Source: Clostridia bacterium (GTDB taxonomy: Bacteria > Bacillota > Clostridia > Oscillospirales > CAG-272). Taken from it: DNA of 64,000 bases. Position 1 is the first letter of the stretch. Every line of letters begins with the position of its first letter. The position numbers and the translations under genes were made by a program. The stretch spans positions 8,405-72,404 of the forward strand of contig JAFSSP010000002.1 of the NCBI GenBank assembly GCA_017450945.1, written 5' to 3'. Under the pieces are notes generated by a model. It searched no databases. It was not told where the DNA came from and worked only from the letters and a program-made list of their open reading frames with translations. Below, piece by piece: positions 7,233 through 17,063 of the stretch.

Positions 7233-8870
7233 ATGGAAACCCGAGTGCTTGACGGCGAGCTGTTTTTGAAAATGGTGCGCTCCGGCGCGGCCAATCTGAA
7301 CGCAAAGAGACAGATCGTCAACGACCTGAACGTTTTTCCTGTCCCGGACGGTGACACCGGCGACAATATGTTTATGACCATCGACGCAGGTTGCGCGGAG
7401 TCTGCCGACAAATCGCTCGGAAAGACCGCAAAAACCGTGGCGGACGGCATGCTGCTCGGCGCCAGAGGCAACTCGGGCGTGATCCTCTCCAAGATCTTCT
7501 CGGGCATTGCAAACGGTCTTGCGGGAATCGAGAGCGCCGACGTCGGCGTCTTCGGGCAGGCCCTTGAAAAAGGGATTGAGTCCTCCTACGGAGCCGTTGC
7601 AAACCCGGTGGACGGCACCATCCTTTCGGTCAACCGCGACGCGGTCAAATTTGCAAATTCCAATCTCTCGGAGGGATCGACCTTCCAGAGCTATTTTGAT
7701 GATTTGATCGGCGAGATGAACGCGTCTCTCGAGCGCACGCCGGAGGAGCTCGCCGTCTTAAAAGAGGCCGGCGTGGTCGACAGCGGCGGCGCGGGACTCC
7801 TTTACATTGCCGAGGGCGCAAAAGCGCTGCTGGACGGATCCGAGCTTGCCTACACGGCAGGATCGGTATCGGCAAAAAAGATCGACGTCTCGACCTTTGA
7901 CGAGAACAGCACCCTCGAATTCGGCTACTGCACCGAATTTTTACTCCGCCTGCAAAACGCGAAAGTGCCGGTGGAAAGTTTTGACGAGCGCGTGATCGTC
8001 GACTACCTCATGGCAGTCGGAGAATCGGTCGTCGCCTTCCGCGAAGGGAGCATCTTAAAGGTGCACGTTCACACGATGCACCCGGGCGAAATTCTCAATG
8101 AATGCCAGAAGTACGGCGAATTTTTGACCTTGAAGATCGAAAACATGATGCTTCAGCACAACGAGGCGACCGTCAAAAATTCCTTTGAAACAAGAAAGCC
8201 GCACAAGAGATACGGGATCGTCTCGGTCGCATCCGGCGAGGGGATGAAAAAAACCTTTTTGGAGCTTGGCGTTGACTGCGTGATTGACGGTGGGCAGAGC
8301 ATGAATCCGCCGGTCGGAGATTTTCTCAGGGCCTTTGACGAGATCAACGCCGACGCGATTTTCGTCTTCCCCAACAATCCAAACATCCTGCTCACGGCAA
8401 AAGAAGCCGCGTCGCTTTACGATAAAAAAGCGATCCGCATCATTCCCTCGCGAACGGTCGGCGAAGGATACGCCGCAGTCTCCTGCCTCGACACCGAAAA
8501 TGAGAACGCCGACGAAGTCGAAGCCGGGGCGATCGAAATGATGGAGAGCGTGGTGACCGGCCTTGTTGCAAAGGCAAACCGGGATACCGAAAAGGATGAC
8601 GTTCTCGTCCGGGCCGGCGACTACATCGGCTACGACGGGCGCGAGAGGATCTACACCGACAAAAAGACAGCCGTGGAGGCCGCTCTTTCCCTTGCGGAGG
8701 CGTTAGGAGCAAAAAATTACGACGTTCTGCTTTTGATCTGCGGAAAGACCTCCGAAAAGGAGGCGGCCGACGGTCTTTGCGAAGTTCTTACAAAAAGTTA
8801 TCCGCGCACAGAAGTGATCAAGATCGACGGCGGACAGGCCGTGGAAGACTATATTTTGGTATTAGAATAA
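7233..8870 (+). CDS. fakA: DAK2-domain fatty acid kinase subunit (YloV/FakA family), copy 1
   Basis: NVFPVPDGDTGDNM DhaL/Dak2 motif. 545 aa, matching YloV/FakA architecture. Confidence 0.85.
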   Translation: METRVLDGELFLKMVRSGAANLNAKRQIVNDLNVFPVPDGDTGDNMFMTIDAGCAESADKSLGKTAKTVADGMLLGARGNSGVILSKIFSGIANGLAGIESADVGVFGQALEKGIESSYGAVANPVDGTILSVNRDAVKFANSNLSEGSTFQSYFDDLIGEMNASLERTPEELAVLKEAGVVDSGGAGLLYIAEGAKALLDGSELAYTAGSVSAKKIDVSTFDENSTLEFGYCTEFLLRLQNAKVPVESFDERVIVDYLMAVGESVVAFREGSILKVHVHTMHPGEILNECQKYGEFLTLKIENMMLQHNEATVKNSFETRKPHKRYGIVSVASGEGMKKTFLELGVDCVIDGGQSMNPPVGDFLRAFDEINADAIFVFPNNPNILLTAKEAASLYDKKAIRIIPSRTVGEGYAAVSCLDTENENADEVEAGAIEMMESVVTGLVAKANRDTEKDDVLVRAGDYIGYDGRERIYTDKKTAVEAALSLAEALGAKNYDVLLLICGKTSEKEAADGLCEVLTKSYPRTEVIKIDGGQAVEDYILVLE

Positions 8871-8887
8871 AAACGGAGGAAAACGTC

Positions 8888-9757
8888 ATGCTCAAACTGT
8901 TTACCGACACCGATACCGACATCACCCCGGAGGTTGCCCGCGAGTACGGCTACGAGCTCATCAGTATGCCCTACAGCGTGGACGGCAAAACCATTTACCC
9001 CTACGTTGATTTTGAAACATTCGATTCCAAAACCTTTTACAATATGCTCCGCGGCGGCGTGCTCCCCACGACCAGCGCCATCAGCGAGCAAAAATACGCC
9101 GAATACTTTGAGCCGCATTTTAAGGCCGGCGACGACATCCTCTACGTCCATTTCTCGGCGGCCATGACGGTCACCTTTGACGCCATGGATAAAGCGGTCG
9201 CCGCGCTGCTTGAAAAATACCCCGAGAGAAAATTCTATTCGATCGATACCAAGGGCATTACCATCGGAAGCTACAACATCGTCCGCGAGATCGGCGACCA
9301 GTATAAAGCCGGCAAGAGCGCAGACGAGATTGTTGAGTGGTCAAAGACCGAGATCGACAAATTTGCCACCTATTTCTTTGCCGACGATCTCAAATTTTTC
9401 CGCCACAGCGGCAGAGTCAGCGGTCTTGCGGCAGTCATGGGAACGCTCGTCGGCATCCGCCCGATCATCACCATGAATGCAGAGGGCAAAATGGTCAGCG
9501 TCGGCAAGGAGAAAGGACGCGTCAAGGCCATGGAGCGTCTGGTCGCACTCGTCGAAGAGCTCGGCGAGGACGTAAAAGATCATCGCATCATCGTGGGACA
9601 TTCGGATTCGCTTGACATTGCCGAAGAGGTCGGAAAAATGTTAAAAGAAAAGCTCGGCGGCGACCTGAACATTGAATACGTCGAGGTCAATCCGACGGCA
9701 GGCAGCCATTGCGGCCCCAACGGCGTGGGCGTTTGCTTCCACGCAAAGCACAGATAA
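8888..9757 (+). CDS. DegV-family fatty-acid-binding protein (FakB-like), copy 1
   Basis: Internal ATG at 8888 follows a GGAGGA RBS. LFTDTDTDITPE start and PTTSAIS (TSxPS-like) motif. Confidence 0.85.
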   Translation: MLKLFTDTDTDITPEVAREYGYELISMPYSVDGKTIYPYVDFETFDSKTFYNMLRGGVLPTTSAISEQKYAEYFEPHFKAGDDILYVHFSAAMTVTFDAMDKAVAALLEKYPERKFYSIDTKGITIGSYNIVREIGDQYKAGKSADEIVEWSKTEIDKFATYFFADDLKFFRHSGRVSGLAAVMGTLVGIRPIITMNAEGKMVSVGKEKGRVKAMERLVALVEELGEDVKDHRIIVGHSDSLDIAEEVGKMLKEKLGGDLNIEYVEVNPTAGSHCGPNGVGVCFHAKHR

Positions 9758-9766
9758 GGAGAAATC

Positions 9767-10888
9767 ATGGTTGTTGTAAAAGAGGTCAAAACCAAAAAGG
9801 AACAAAAAGAATTCCTTGATTTCCCGCTGAATTTGTACCGGGGCAACGATTGCTTTGTCCCGCCGCTCTACGGCGACGAAAAAAAGATCTTTCGCGCCGA
9901 CTATGTTTACAACGACACCTGCGACGCGGTCTACTTTAACGCCTACCGCGACGGAACGATCGTCGGGCGCATCTCGGGCATCATTCAGCGCGCCAGCAAC
10001 GAAAAACGGAATGAAAAGCGCGCCCGCTTTACGCGTTTTGACAGCATTGACGACGGCGAAGTTGCAAAGGCGCTCTTTGACGCGGTCGAGACTTGGGCAA
10101 AAGAAAAAGGGATGGACACCGTCTGCGGCCCGCTCGGATTTTCGGATCTGGAGCGCGAGGGGCTTCTCATCGAGGGCTTTGACCAGCTCTCCACCTTTGA
10201 GGAGCAGTACAACGCCGCCTACTACCAGACGCTCATCGAAAACCTCGGCTACAAAAAAGAGGTCGACTGGACCGAGAGCAAACTGCGTGCGCCGAAGGAC
10301 TACGACGGCTCGCTCGATAAAATGACCGAGTACATCATGAAGCGTTACAACCTGCATTTTGGCCCGGCAAAGAACGTAAACGATTTTCTTGACAAGTACG
10401 CCGACGGTTTTTTTGCCCTACTCGACGAATCCTACGACCAGATCTACGGCTCGGTCCCCTTTACCGACGCCATGAAAAAAATGATGATCGACAACTTCAA
10501 GCTCATCGTCGATCTGCGCTTTGTCGCCGTCATTCTTGACGAAAACGACAAAATCGTTTGTCTTGGCATCTGCTTCCCGTCGATCGCGCGCGCCGTGCAA
10601 AAATCGAAGGGCAGACTGACTCCGGCGGCACTTGTCCGCCTGCTTCGCGCCATCAAACACCCGAAGGTCATTGACTTGGGACTGGTCGGCGTTGCGCCCG
10701 AATACCTCAACCGCGGCATCAGCACCGCCATTTCGGCCGAACTCATCCGCATGCTCTCGAAGGACGGTATTGAGTACGCCGAAACCAACCTCAACCTTGA
10801 AAACAACTACGCGATCCAGAACCAGTGGAAGCGGTTTGACGAAACCAAGCACAAGCGCCGCCGCTCCTACGTCAAGCCTCTGGACTGA
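9767..10888 (+). CDS. Two-domain GNAT-fold acyltransferase-like protein
   Basis: 373 aa. C-terminal NRGISTAISAELIRML resembles GNAT motif A (R/Q-x-x-G-x-A). Sits between degV and plsX with 9-12 nt gaps. Confidence 0.5.
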   Translation: MVVVKEVKTKKEQKEFLDFPLNLYRGNDCFVPPLYGDEKKIFRADYVYNDTCDAVYFNAYRDGTIVGRISGIIQRASNEKRNEKRARFTRFDSIDDGEVAKALFDAVETWAKEKGMDTVCGPLGFSDLEREGLLIEGFDQLSTFEEQYNAAYYQTLIENLGYKKEVDWTESKLRAPKDYDGSLDKMTEYIMKRYNLHFGPAKNVNDFLDKYADGFFALLDESYDQIYGSVPFTDAMKKMMIDNFKLIVDLRFVAVILDENDKIVCLGICFPSIARAVQKSKGRLTPAALVRLLRAIKHPKVIDLGLVGVAPEYLNRGISTAISAELIRMLSKDGIEYAETNLNLENNYAIQNQWKRFDETKHKRRRSYVKPLD

Positions 10889-10900
10889 CGGAGGGAGAAC

Positions 10901-11917
10901 ATGGTAAAAATCATCGTTGACTGCTTTGGCGGCGACAAGAGCCCGGATGCAAACGTCGAAGGCTCTCTTGCCGCGCTCGAAAAATTTTCGGATCTTTCTT
11001 TGATCCTCACCGGCGACGAGAACATCTTAAAAGAAAAGCTCGAAGGCAAAAAATACGATCCTTCGCGCCTTGAAATTCTGCACGCACCCGAGGTCGTTGG
11101 CTGTGACGAAAAGCCGACCGACGTCATCCGGCTGAAAAAGGAAAGCTCGATGATGAAGGCGATAAAACTTTTGCGCGAGGATGACAGCATCTCTGGCATG
11201 GTCAGCGCGGGCTCGACCGGGGCACTTGTCGCCGCGGCGACCTTGCGCATCGGCCGCATCCGCGGGATCATCCGCCCGGCCTTTTGCCCGATTCTTCCCA
11301 CCATGAACGGCGGCATTGTCGGCATTTGCGACAGCGGCGCGAACGTCGATATCACGGCCGATTATCTCCAGCAGTACGCCATTATGGCCAGTGCCTATCT
11401 TGAGAGCGTCTACGGCATCGAACACCCGCGTGTGGCACTGCTGAACATCGGCACCGAAGAAACAAAAGGCGACGATCTGAGAAAGACCGCCTATCCCCTT
11501 TTGGAATCCACCAAGGGCATAAATTTTGTCGGCAACATGGAAAGCAGGGATCTGCTCACCGGCAAATACGACGTGGTGGTCTGCGACGGATTTTCCGGCA
11601 ACGTACTGGTCAAATCCACCGAAGGCGCCTGCCTGGAAATGCTCAAGCTACTCAAGCGGGATATTTCGTCGAGCATTTTCAATAAGATCGGCGCGCTCTT
11701 CATGTATAAGATGTTCATGAAGGAAAAAGAGTTTATGAACTATCAGAACTACGGCGGCAGCATCCTGCTCGGCACCGAAAAAACGGTGGTCAAGGGGCAT
11801 GGAAGCTCGAACGCCAGAGCCATTGAAAAGTGCATCGAGCAGGCCTACAAAACCAAAACAGGCGGCCTCTCGGAGCGCATTGAAGCGGCTCTTGCCGAAA
11901 ACCAAAAAGCCGAATAA
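10901..11917 (+). CDS. plsX: Phosphate acyltransferase PlsX
   Basis: MVKIIVDCFGGDKSP.. N-terminus and full-length PlsX-like sequence. Confidence 0.93.
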   Translation: MVKIIVDCFGGDKSPDANVEGSLAALEKFSDLSLILTGDENILKEKLEGKKYDPSRLEILHAPEVVGCDEKPTDVIRLKKESSMMKAIKLLREDDSISGMVSAGSTGALVAAATLRIGRIRGIIRPAFCPILPTMNGGIVGICDSGANVDITADYLQQYAIMASAYLESVYGIEHPRVALLNIGTEETKGDDLRKTAYPLLESTKGINFVGNMESRDLLTGKYDVVVCDGFSGNVLVKSTEGACLEMLKLLKRDISSSIFNKIGALFMYKMFMKEKEFMNYQNYGGSILLGTEKTVVKGHGSSNARAIEKCIEQAYKTKTGGLSERIEAALAENQKAE

Positions 11918-11932
11918 CGGAGGAATCACATC

Positions 11933-12160
11933 ATGTTTGAAGAAGTCAGAAAAGTTCTTGCAAAACAGCTTCGCGTGGACGAGACGATCATCACCCCGGC
12001 ATCGAAGATCAAGGACGACCTCGGCGCCGACTCGCTCGACGTTCTGCAACTGCTTATGACCATTGAGGAAGAGATGGGGATACAGGTGCCCGACGAGGAG
12101 CTTGCCGCCTTCAACACGGTCGGCGACGTTGTGGCCTATCTCGAAAGTCAGAAAAAATAA
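11933..12160 (+). CDS. acpP: Acyl carrier protein
   Basis: 75 aa with DLGADSLDVLQLLMTIEEE (DSL phosphopantetheine site). Confidence 0.93.
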   Translation: MFEEVRKVLAKQLRVDETIITPASKIKDDLGADSLDVLQLLMTIEEEMGIQVPDEELAAFNTVGDVVAYLESQKK

Positions 12161-12175
12161 TCGACCGATCCAATC

Positions 12176-12202
12176 AAAAAAGCGGCGCGTGCGCCGCTTT
12201 TT
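12176..12202. terminator. Bidirectional terminator between acpP and the convergent hydrolase
   Basis: AAAAAGCGGCGC-gt-GCGCCGCTTTTT. Confidence 0.8.
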
Positions 12203-13250
12203 ATTGTAGTGCTTTCTTTGCTGTTTCCTGCCTGAAAAACTCCAGTACCCCATCGAGAAACGCGGCGTTTGGCTCGCTGGCTCTCTCGTAGTCGATGCTT
12301 GTAAGAAAACTCTCTTTGACAGGCTCGGGAAGTCTGCCGCCGTATTGCTTTTGCAAGGTGATATACTCCTTTTCCACCGAGCGGACGTAGGCTCCCGCGC
12401 GCTCGGTCAGCCATGCGCCCGAGTGACCCGAGGAAAGCTCGGCGACCCGGACGTTTTGGTTGGTGATCCTATCTTTTCTGCCGGCAAGACTCGCTTCAAA
12501 CGGCACGACAAGATCCGCTTTATCTTGATAGAGCAGTACCGGCGTCTCGACCGCATTGATCGATTTGACGGCCGAGCGGTTCCCTTCCCTTCCAAAGGCA
12601 AAAAAGTCGCGCAGAGCAAGCGCCGGATACCCGAGGATCGAGAGCGCGCCCACGTGCAGTTTTGCGTGGTAGAACATGATCTCGGTCGGCAGATCAAATC
12701 CCGCAATGCAGGCCGCGGCCAGAACCGGCGCTTTTGAGAGATTCCTGCAGGCGGCGTAAGCCCCGGCGCTGTGCGCGTAGATCACGATCGGCAAATCCTT
12801 CTCTTCGGCAACGCAGGCAAGGGCCGCCGCAAGATCCCGCCCGGCCTGCGGAAGCCCGCGGACGCTTTTTCCCTCGCTCTTTCCAAGTGAGGTCGCATCA
12901 TAGGAAAAGACCTGCCAACCGTGATCGACAAAATAAGTGATCTCGGAGAGGTGCCCGTCGGCGGGGCATCCCGCCCCCGGAGCAACCAATATGAGTGCAG
13001 GGCTCTCGCGGTTCTCGTTTCCGTAAAAATAGCCGCAGAGCGAGCACCGGTGGCAGGAAAACCGGCATTCTTCTCTCGGGTAGCGCTCCGCATAGTGCGA
13101 ATACGGATACTGCACAAGAATCGATTTTTTTGCCATGGAGCGAAAGACCAGCCCCGAGATCACAACCGGAAGCACCAACGTTGGGAATAAAAGAAACGCC
13201 CACAAAATCCACAAACCATACCACCGCCTTACCGGTATAGTTTGGATCAA
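12201..13250 (-). CDS. Membrane-anchored alpha/beta hydrolase (paralog 2)
   Basis: N-terminal TM helix, YAHSAGAY elbow, DKADLVVP and SSGHSGAW motifs. TTG start at 13250 is uncertain because no clear RBS is present. Confidence 0.7.
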   Translation of the reverse strand: MIQTIPVRRWYGLWILWAFLLFPTLVLPVVISGLVFRSMAKKSILVQYPYSHYAERYPREECRFSCHRCSLCGYFYGNENRESPALILVAPGAGCPADGHLSEITYFVDHGWQVFSYDATSLGKSEGKSVRGLPQAGRDLAAALACVAEEKDLPIVIYAHSAGAYAACRNLSKAPVLAAACIAGFDLPTEIMFYHAKLHVGALSILGYPALALRDFFAFGREGNRSAVKSINAVETPVLLYQDKADLVVPFEASLAGRKDRITNQNVRVAELSSGHSGAWLTERAGAYVRSVEKEYITLQKQYGGRLPEPVKESFLTSIDYERASEPNAAFLDGVLEFFRQETAKKALQ

Positions 13251-13267
13251 AAAGAAAACAACTATGT

Positions 13268-13296
13268 AAAAAGCGGCGCCATAGGCGCCGCTTTTT
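13268..13296. terminator. Hairpin terminator
   Basis: AAAAAGCGGCGCC-atag-GCGCCGCTTTTT, downstream of gene 13314..13673 (minus strand). Confidence 0.8.
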
Positions 13297-13313
13297 ACAT
13301 TTTTGCGGGTATT

Positions 13314-13673
13314 TTATGCCACAACAGCCGTCCTGATGGCTTCTTCGATCTCTGCGGCGATGTCGGGCGTCTGGCTGATGGCGTACACGATCAACGCGAT
13401 CACAACCGGGACAAGAACGGTTGCAACGATGCTGATGATACCGCCGACGGTGCCGAGAACGCGGCCTACTCTCACTTTACCGGTAACCGGGACGCCGGCA
13501 TCTACGTACACATTGGATTTGCCTCTTGCGATAAAGCCGAAGATGATGCCGAGAAAGCTGAGCCAGAAAGTGCAAAGGAAGCTTACCGACAGGATTCCGA
13601 ACACCAGAATGGGCGTTCTTTTGGGAAGGTTTTGGGCCTTTACAACTTCTTGATTGGTTTCATTGTTTGCCAT
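13314..13673 (-). CDS. Small membrane protein (DUF4190-like)
   Basis: 119 aa with two hydrophobic hairpin segments. RBS AGGAGA 7 nt upstream. Confidence 0.65.
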   Translation of the reverse strand: MANNETNQEVVKAQNLPKRTPILVFGILSVSFLCTFWLSFLGIIFGFIARGKSNVYVDAGVPVTGKVRVGRVLGTVGGIISIVATVLVPVVIALIVYAISQTPDIAAEIEEAIRTAVVA

Positions 13674-13764
13674 GGTAGTTCTCCTTTCAAAAAAACAAAA
13701 TGTTTATACAAAACCAAAAGTCGGTTTTATATCAGTGGAATAATGGATCGTCAAAAGAGATTTC

Positions 13765-14337
13765 TCAGATCAACGATCCGGCTATTGCCCCGATCGTGAG
13801 CAAAATGAAGAAAATGCTCCAGATCACGGTCAGAACAATGCCGCAAACCAGTCCGAAAACGCCGAAAATTTTTCCGGTCGTGATCTTTCCGTCGCGAATT
13901 CCCTGCGCTGCATAGGAACTCGCTTTTCCCTTTGCAACCGCACCCAAAACAAGGGTTATAATGCTGGTGGAAAGGAAGATGGCCGAGTAGGTGTATAATC
14001 TTGCGATGATGTAATAGTAACTTCTGTATTCGGGGAGTACCACAAAGAAAAAGCCGAAAGAGCTCGTGATAAGAAACACCATCGCCAAGATCCCCAGTAC
14101 CAGGGGAGCGGCTACCGAACCGGTGGCAGGGGCAGGGGCATCCGGCGCCTGATAGGTATGCTGGGGTGCCTGATAAGTGGGTTGCGGAGCTTGGTAGGTC
14201 GTTTTGGGCGGGACTGCGGGCGCACTCCACTCTTCGGTGGACTGTGTTACGGGCTCGGCTCCCACTGCCGTACCGCAGTTGGGGCAAAAGGCCGCGTTGT
14301 CATCCAACTTGCTTCCGCATTTGGTGCAAAAAGCCAT
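13765..14337 (-). CDS. Zinc-ribbon / PQ-repeat / DUF4190-like membrane protein
   Basis: CTKCG..CPNCG ribbon, TYQAPQPTYQAPQHTYQAP repeats, then TM segments. The second ATG (14337) has better RBS spacing than 14343. Confidence 0.7.
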   Translation of the reverse strand: MAFCTKCGSKLDDNAAFCPNCGTAVGAEPVTQSTEEWSAPAVPPKTTYQAPQPTYQAPQHTYQAPDAPAPATGSVAAPLVLGILAMVFLITSSFGFFFVVLPEYRSYYYIIARLYTYSAIFLSTSIITLVLGAVAKGKASSYAAQGIRDGKITTGKIFGVFGLVCGIVLTVIWSIFFILLTIGAIAGSLI

Positions 14338-14397
14338 GATCATGTTCCTCTTTTCGTAAAATTTTTTTGAAGCTATAGTAAGCCGTGCAGGACGACA

Positions 14398-15351
14398 TTA
14401 CATCTTTTTTGCAGGCGCATCCACCGAATCAATAAACGCCTTGATCGCGGCGTCGTATTGCTCGGGAGCGTTGATCCGGATGCGCGAATGTCCTCCCTTT
14501 TCAAACCAGACAAGCTGTTTGTGTTTGGAGGGGCAAACGTCGTAGAGCTTTTGCGCTTTGTCGGGATCCGAATATTGATCCTCCCTGCCGTGTAGCATAA
14601 GGATCGGTTTTTGCAGGTTGAGAATCCTTTTTTTCGGGCCGTCGCCCACCGCGTCAGCGTGTGAAAAAACGCGGATGTAAAGCAAAACAAACCAGATAAA
14701 CGGATACTTCGGCCGCTTTTGCTCCTCCATGTGGCGAAGGAAGCTCGAATAGAAGCAGTCGTAGATCCCATCCACTGCAAGACCCACCACATAGTCGGGA
14801 CACTCGTTTGAGGCCGCCGCAAAGAGCGTGGTGGAAGAACCGATGCAAATGCCGTGCAGAAAGATCTTTTTCTGCCCTTTTTCATCGTGTAAAAACTTTG
14901 CCCAAGCGATCACATCGCGGTATTCTTTGTAGCCGATGCAGTTGAAGGTTCCCTCCGACAGGCCGTGACAGCGGTTGTCGATCACAAGGAAGTTACAGGC
15001 GGCCCCTTTGTAGGGAATGGCGTAATAGTAGGAGTAGCGCAGCGCCTCCATACGGCCGGGGACAATGATGGCCGTGCGGTCGTAGCCATAATCGTAGAAT
15101 TCGCCGGCCAGACGAAAACCGTCGCTGACGATCGAAACTTCGGATCTATAGGCCTCTTCGCCTTTGATCCATGCCTCGCCCTCGCGGTACATGCGGGCAA
15201 GCTCTTCATCGTCCGGCTCGCTGATCTCTCTTCCCCATTTGCCCGGTTTGTTGCGGACAAGAACAATGGTATAAACGATCCCGCCAACCAAAAATCCGGG
15301 GAACAGGAACAGCACAAAAATAATCAAAAAAACAATGAGTGCAATCTTCAA
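14398..15351 (-). CDS. Membrane-anchored alpha/beta hydrolase (paralog 3, Cys in nucleophile position)
   Basis: TTG start at 15351 follows GGAGGAA. TM helix present. Elbow reads GICIGSS where paralogs have GISMG. LHGREDQ and GGHSRI motifs. Confidence 0.75.
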   Translation of the reverse strand: MKIALIVFLIIFVLFLFPGFLVGGIVYTIVLVRNKPGKWGREISEPDDEELARMYREGEAWIKGEEAYRSEVSIVSDGFRLAGEFYDYGYDRTAIIVPGRMEALRYSYYYAIPYKGAACNFLVIDNRCHGLSEGTFNCIGYKEYRDVIAWAKFLHDEKGQKKIFLHGICIGSSTTLFAAASNECPDYVVGLAVDGIYDCFYSSFLRHMEEQKRPKYPFIWFVLLYIRVFSHADAVGDGPKKRILNLQKPILMLHGREDQYSDPDKAQKLYDVCPSKHKQLVWFEKGGHSRIRINAPEQYDAAIKAFIDSVDAPAKKM

Positions 15352-15365
15352 GGGGACTTCCTCCG

Positions 15366-17021
15366 TCAGACAAGGCCGATCATCCAGTGGTAGAGCGTCT
15401 GACCGCCGTACACCGGGCAAATTTCCAGCTCCGGGAAGGCATCGCCGAGGATCGTTTCCACATCGCCCGCACCGGCAAAGCCATCCTTGCCGCCGAACGC
15501 CATGCAAATCTCTTTTCCGTCGGGATCCAGATGTGCAAGACCAATGCGCAGAGCTTCTTTTAAGTCGTCCGAGGCCGCAACGATCTCGCCGTCGACCAGC
15601 GAAAGATATTGTCCTTTTTTCGCCGAAATCGTCTCTCCTTCAAAATCCTTGGTCGCAACCGTGAGAAGCAGAGCCGAAACGTTCTCGGCGCCGTCCTGCA
15701 TCAGACGAATACGATAGTCGGTATCCTCACTGCTCGCCACATCCATTTCGATGGCGCAGTATCCCTCGATCATGTTGGCGGTCGGGATCACGGTCACGCG
15801 GTCGGCTTTGCCCGAAAGAGAGGCCGCCTGGAGCGCCGCGCGAACCGAATTTTTGTTGTTGGGAAGGATCACGATGCGGTTTGCATTTGTTTTACGGATG
15901 GCGTCAAGGAATTCCTCGGCCGAGGTATTCATCTCGGAGGAGGCCTCGATCACCTTGGTGCAGCCGAGGTCGGTGAAAAGCGTTTTCATCTCTTCGCCGT
16001 TGACGACCGCAACGATGCCGAGCGGGGCAAGATCTCTCTCTCCCGCCTCTTTTTGCCGCTCGTTGTACTGGAGCTGCATGTTTTCGAGCTTGAAGGTCAA
16101 AAATTCGCCGTATCTGCGGGCAAACGCGATCACCTTTTCGGGCTCTTTGGTATGGACGTGCACCTTGAGCCGCGTGCCCTCGAGGACCGAGACGATCGAT
16201 TCGCCCATGGTTTCGAGCGTTGCAAGGAAGCTTTGCAGATCAAACTCCTTGTCATAGCCTTCGGTTTTGAGCAACCGGAGCAAAAACTCGGTGCAATAGC
16301 CTTTTTCAAAGCTGCTGGTTTCGTCAAAGAGGTCAAAGTCGGGAGTCTCTGCGACCGCGGAGGTTTCAAAATCGTTTTTTGCGAGGCTCTCGCCGGGCTT
16401 GCCTTCGAGAATGTCGCCCGAAAGGAACATGGCCATGCCCTCCACAAAAACGATATACCCCATCGCGCCGCTGTCAACGACGCCGGCTTTTCTCAAAACG
16501 TCGAGGAGCAGAGGCGTGTTGGCAAGGCTCTTTTTCATTTCTCTGACATAGAGCGAAAAGAGCTCCTTTGCGCCCTCGCACTCGTCAAGCTCGGGACGGA
16601 TATTTTCGAGGCCCTCTCTCGCCACGGTGAGGATCGTGCCCTCAACCGGGTGCGAAACCGCGGCGTATGCCTGACGGTAGCCGCTCTCAAAGGCGTCGAT
16701 GAGTTCCTTGTTGCCGATCTCTTCTTTCTCTTTTAAGGCGAGGTACCAGCCGCGGATGATCTGCGAGAGGATCACGCCCGAGTTGCCGCGCGCACCAAGC
16801 AGCGCGCCCGAGGAAAACTCGGAAAGATACTCTCCGACGCCGGGCTCGGGAGATGCGCTTCTAAGCCCCTTTTCGACGGTCAGGCGCATGTTGACGCCGG
16901 TATCGCCGTCGGCCACGGGAAAGACGTTGAGATCGTTAATTTTTTTCTCATGCAGACAGAGGTTGGCGTAGCCGTTTGCCAGCATTCCCTCCAGCTTCTG
17001 TCCGTCGATCCGATTGATCAT
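15366..17021 (-). CDS. DAK2-domain fatty acid kinase subunit (YloV/FakA family), copy 2
   Basis: NVFPVADGDTGVNM motif. ATG at 17021 follows AGGAGTG, so the longer TTG-start ORF to 17054 is less likely. Confidence 0.85.
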   Translation of the reverse strand: MINRIDGQKLEGMLANGYANLCLHEKKINDLNVFPVADGDTGVNMRLTVEKGLRSASPEPGVGEYLSEFSSGALLGARGNSGVILSQIIRGWYLALKEKEEIGNKELIDAFESGYRQAYAAVSHPVEGTILTVAREGLENIRPELDECEGAKELFSLYVREMKKSLANTPLLLDVLRKAGVVDSGAMGYIVFVEGMAMFLSGDILEGKPGESLAKNDFETSAVAETPDFDLFDETSSFEKGYCTEFLLRLLKTEGYDKEFDLQSFLATLETMGESIVSVLEGTRLKVHVHTKEPEKVIAFARRYGEFLTFKLENMQLQYNERQKEAGERDLAPLGIVAVVNGEEMKTLFTDLGCTKVIEASSEMNTSAEEFLDAIRKTNANRIVILPNNKNSVRAALQAASLSGKADRVTVIPTANMIEGYCAIEMDVASSEDTDYRIRLMQDGAENVSALLLTVATKDFEGETISAKKGQYLSLVDGEIVAASDDLKEALRIGLAHLDPDGKEICMAFGGKDGFAGAGDVETILGDAFPELEICPVYGGQTLYHWMIGLV

Positions 17022-17063
17022 GGAACGAACACTCCTGTTTGCTTCTTTTCTCAAAAGGAATTT

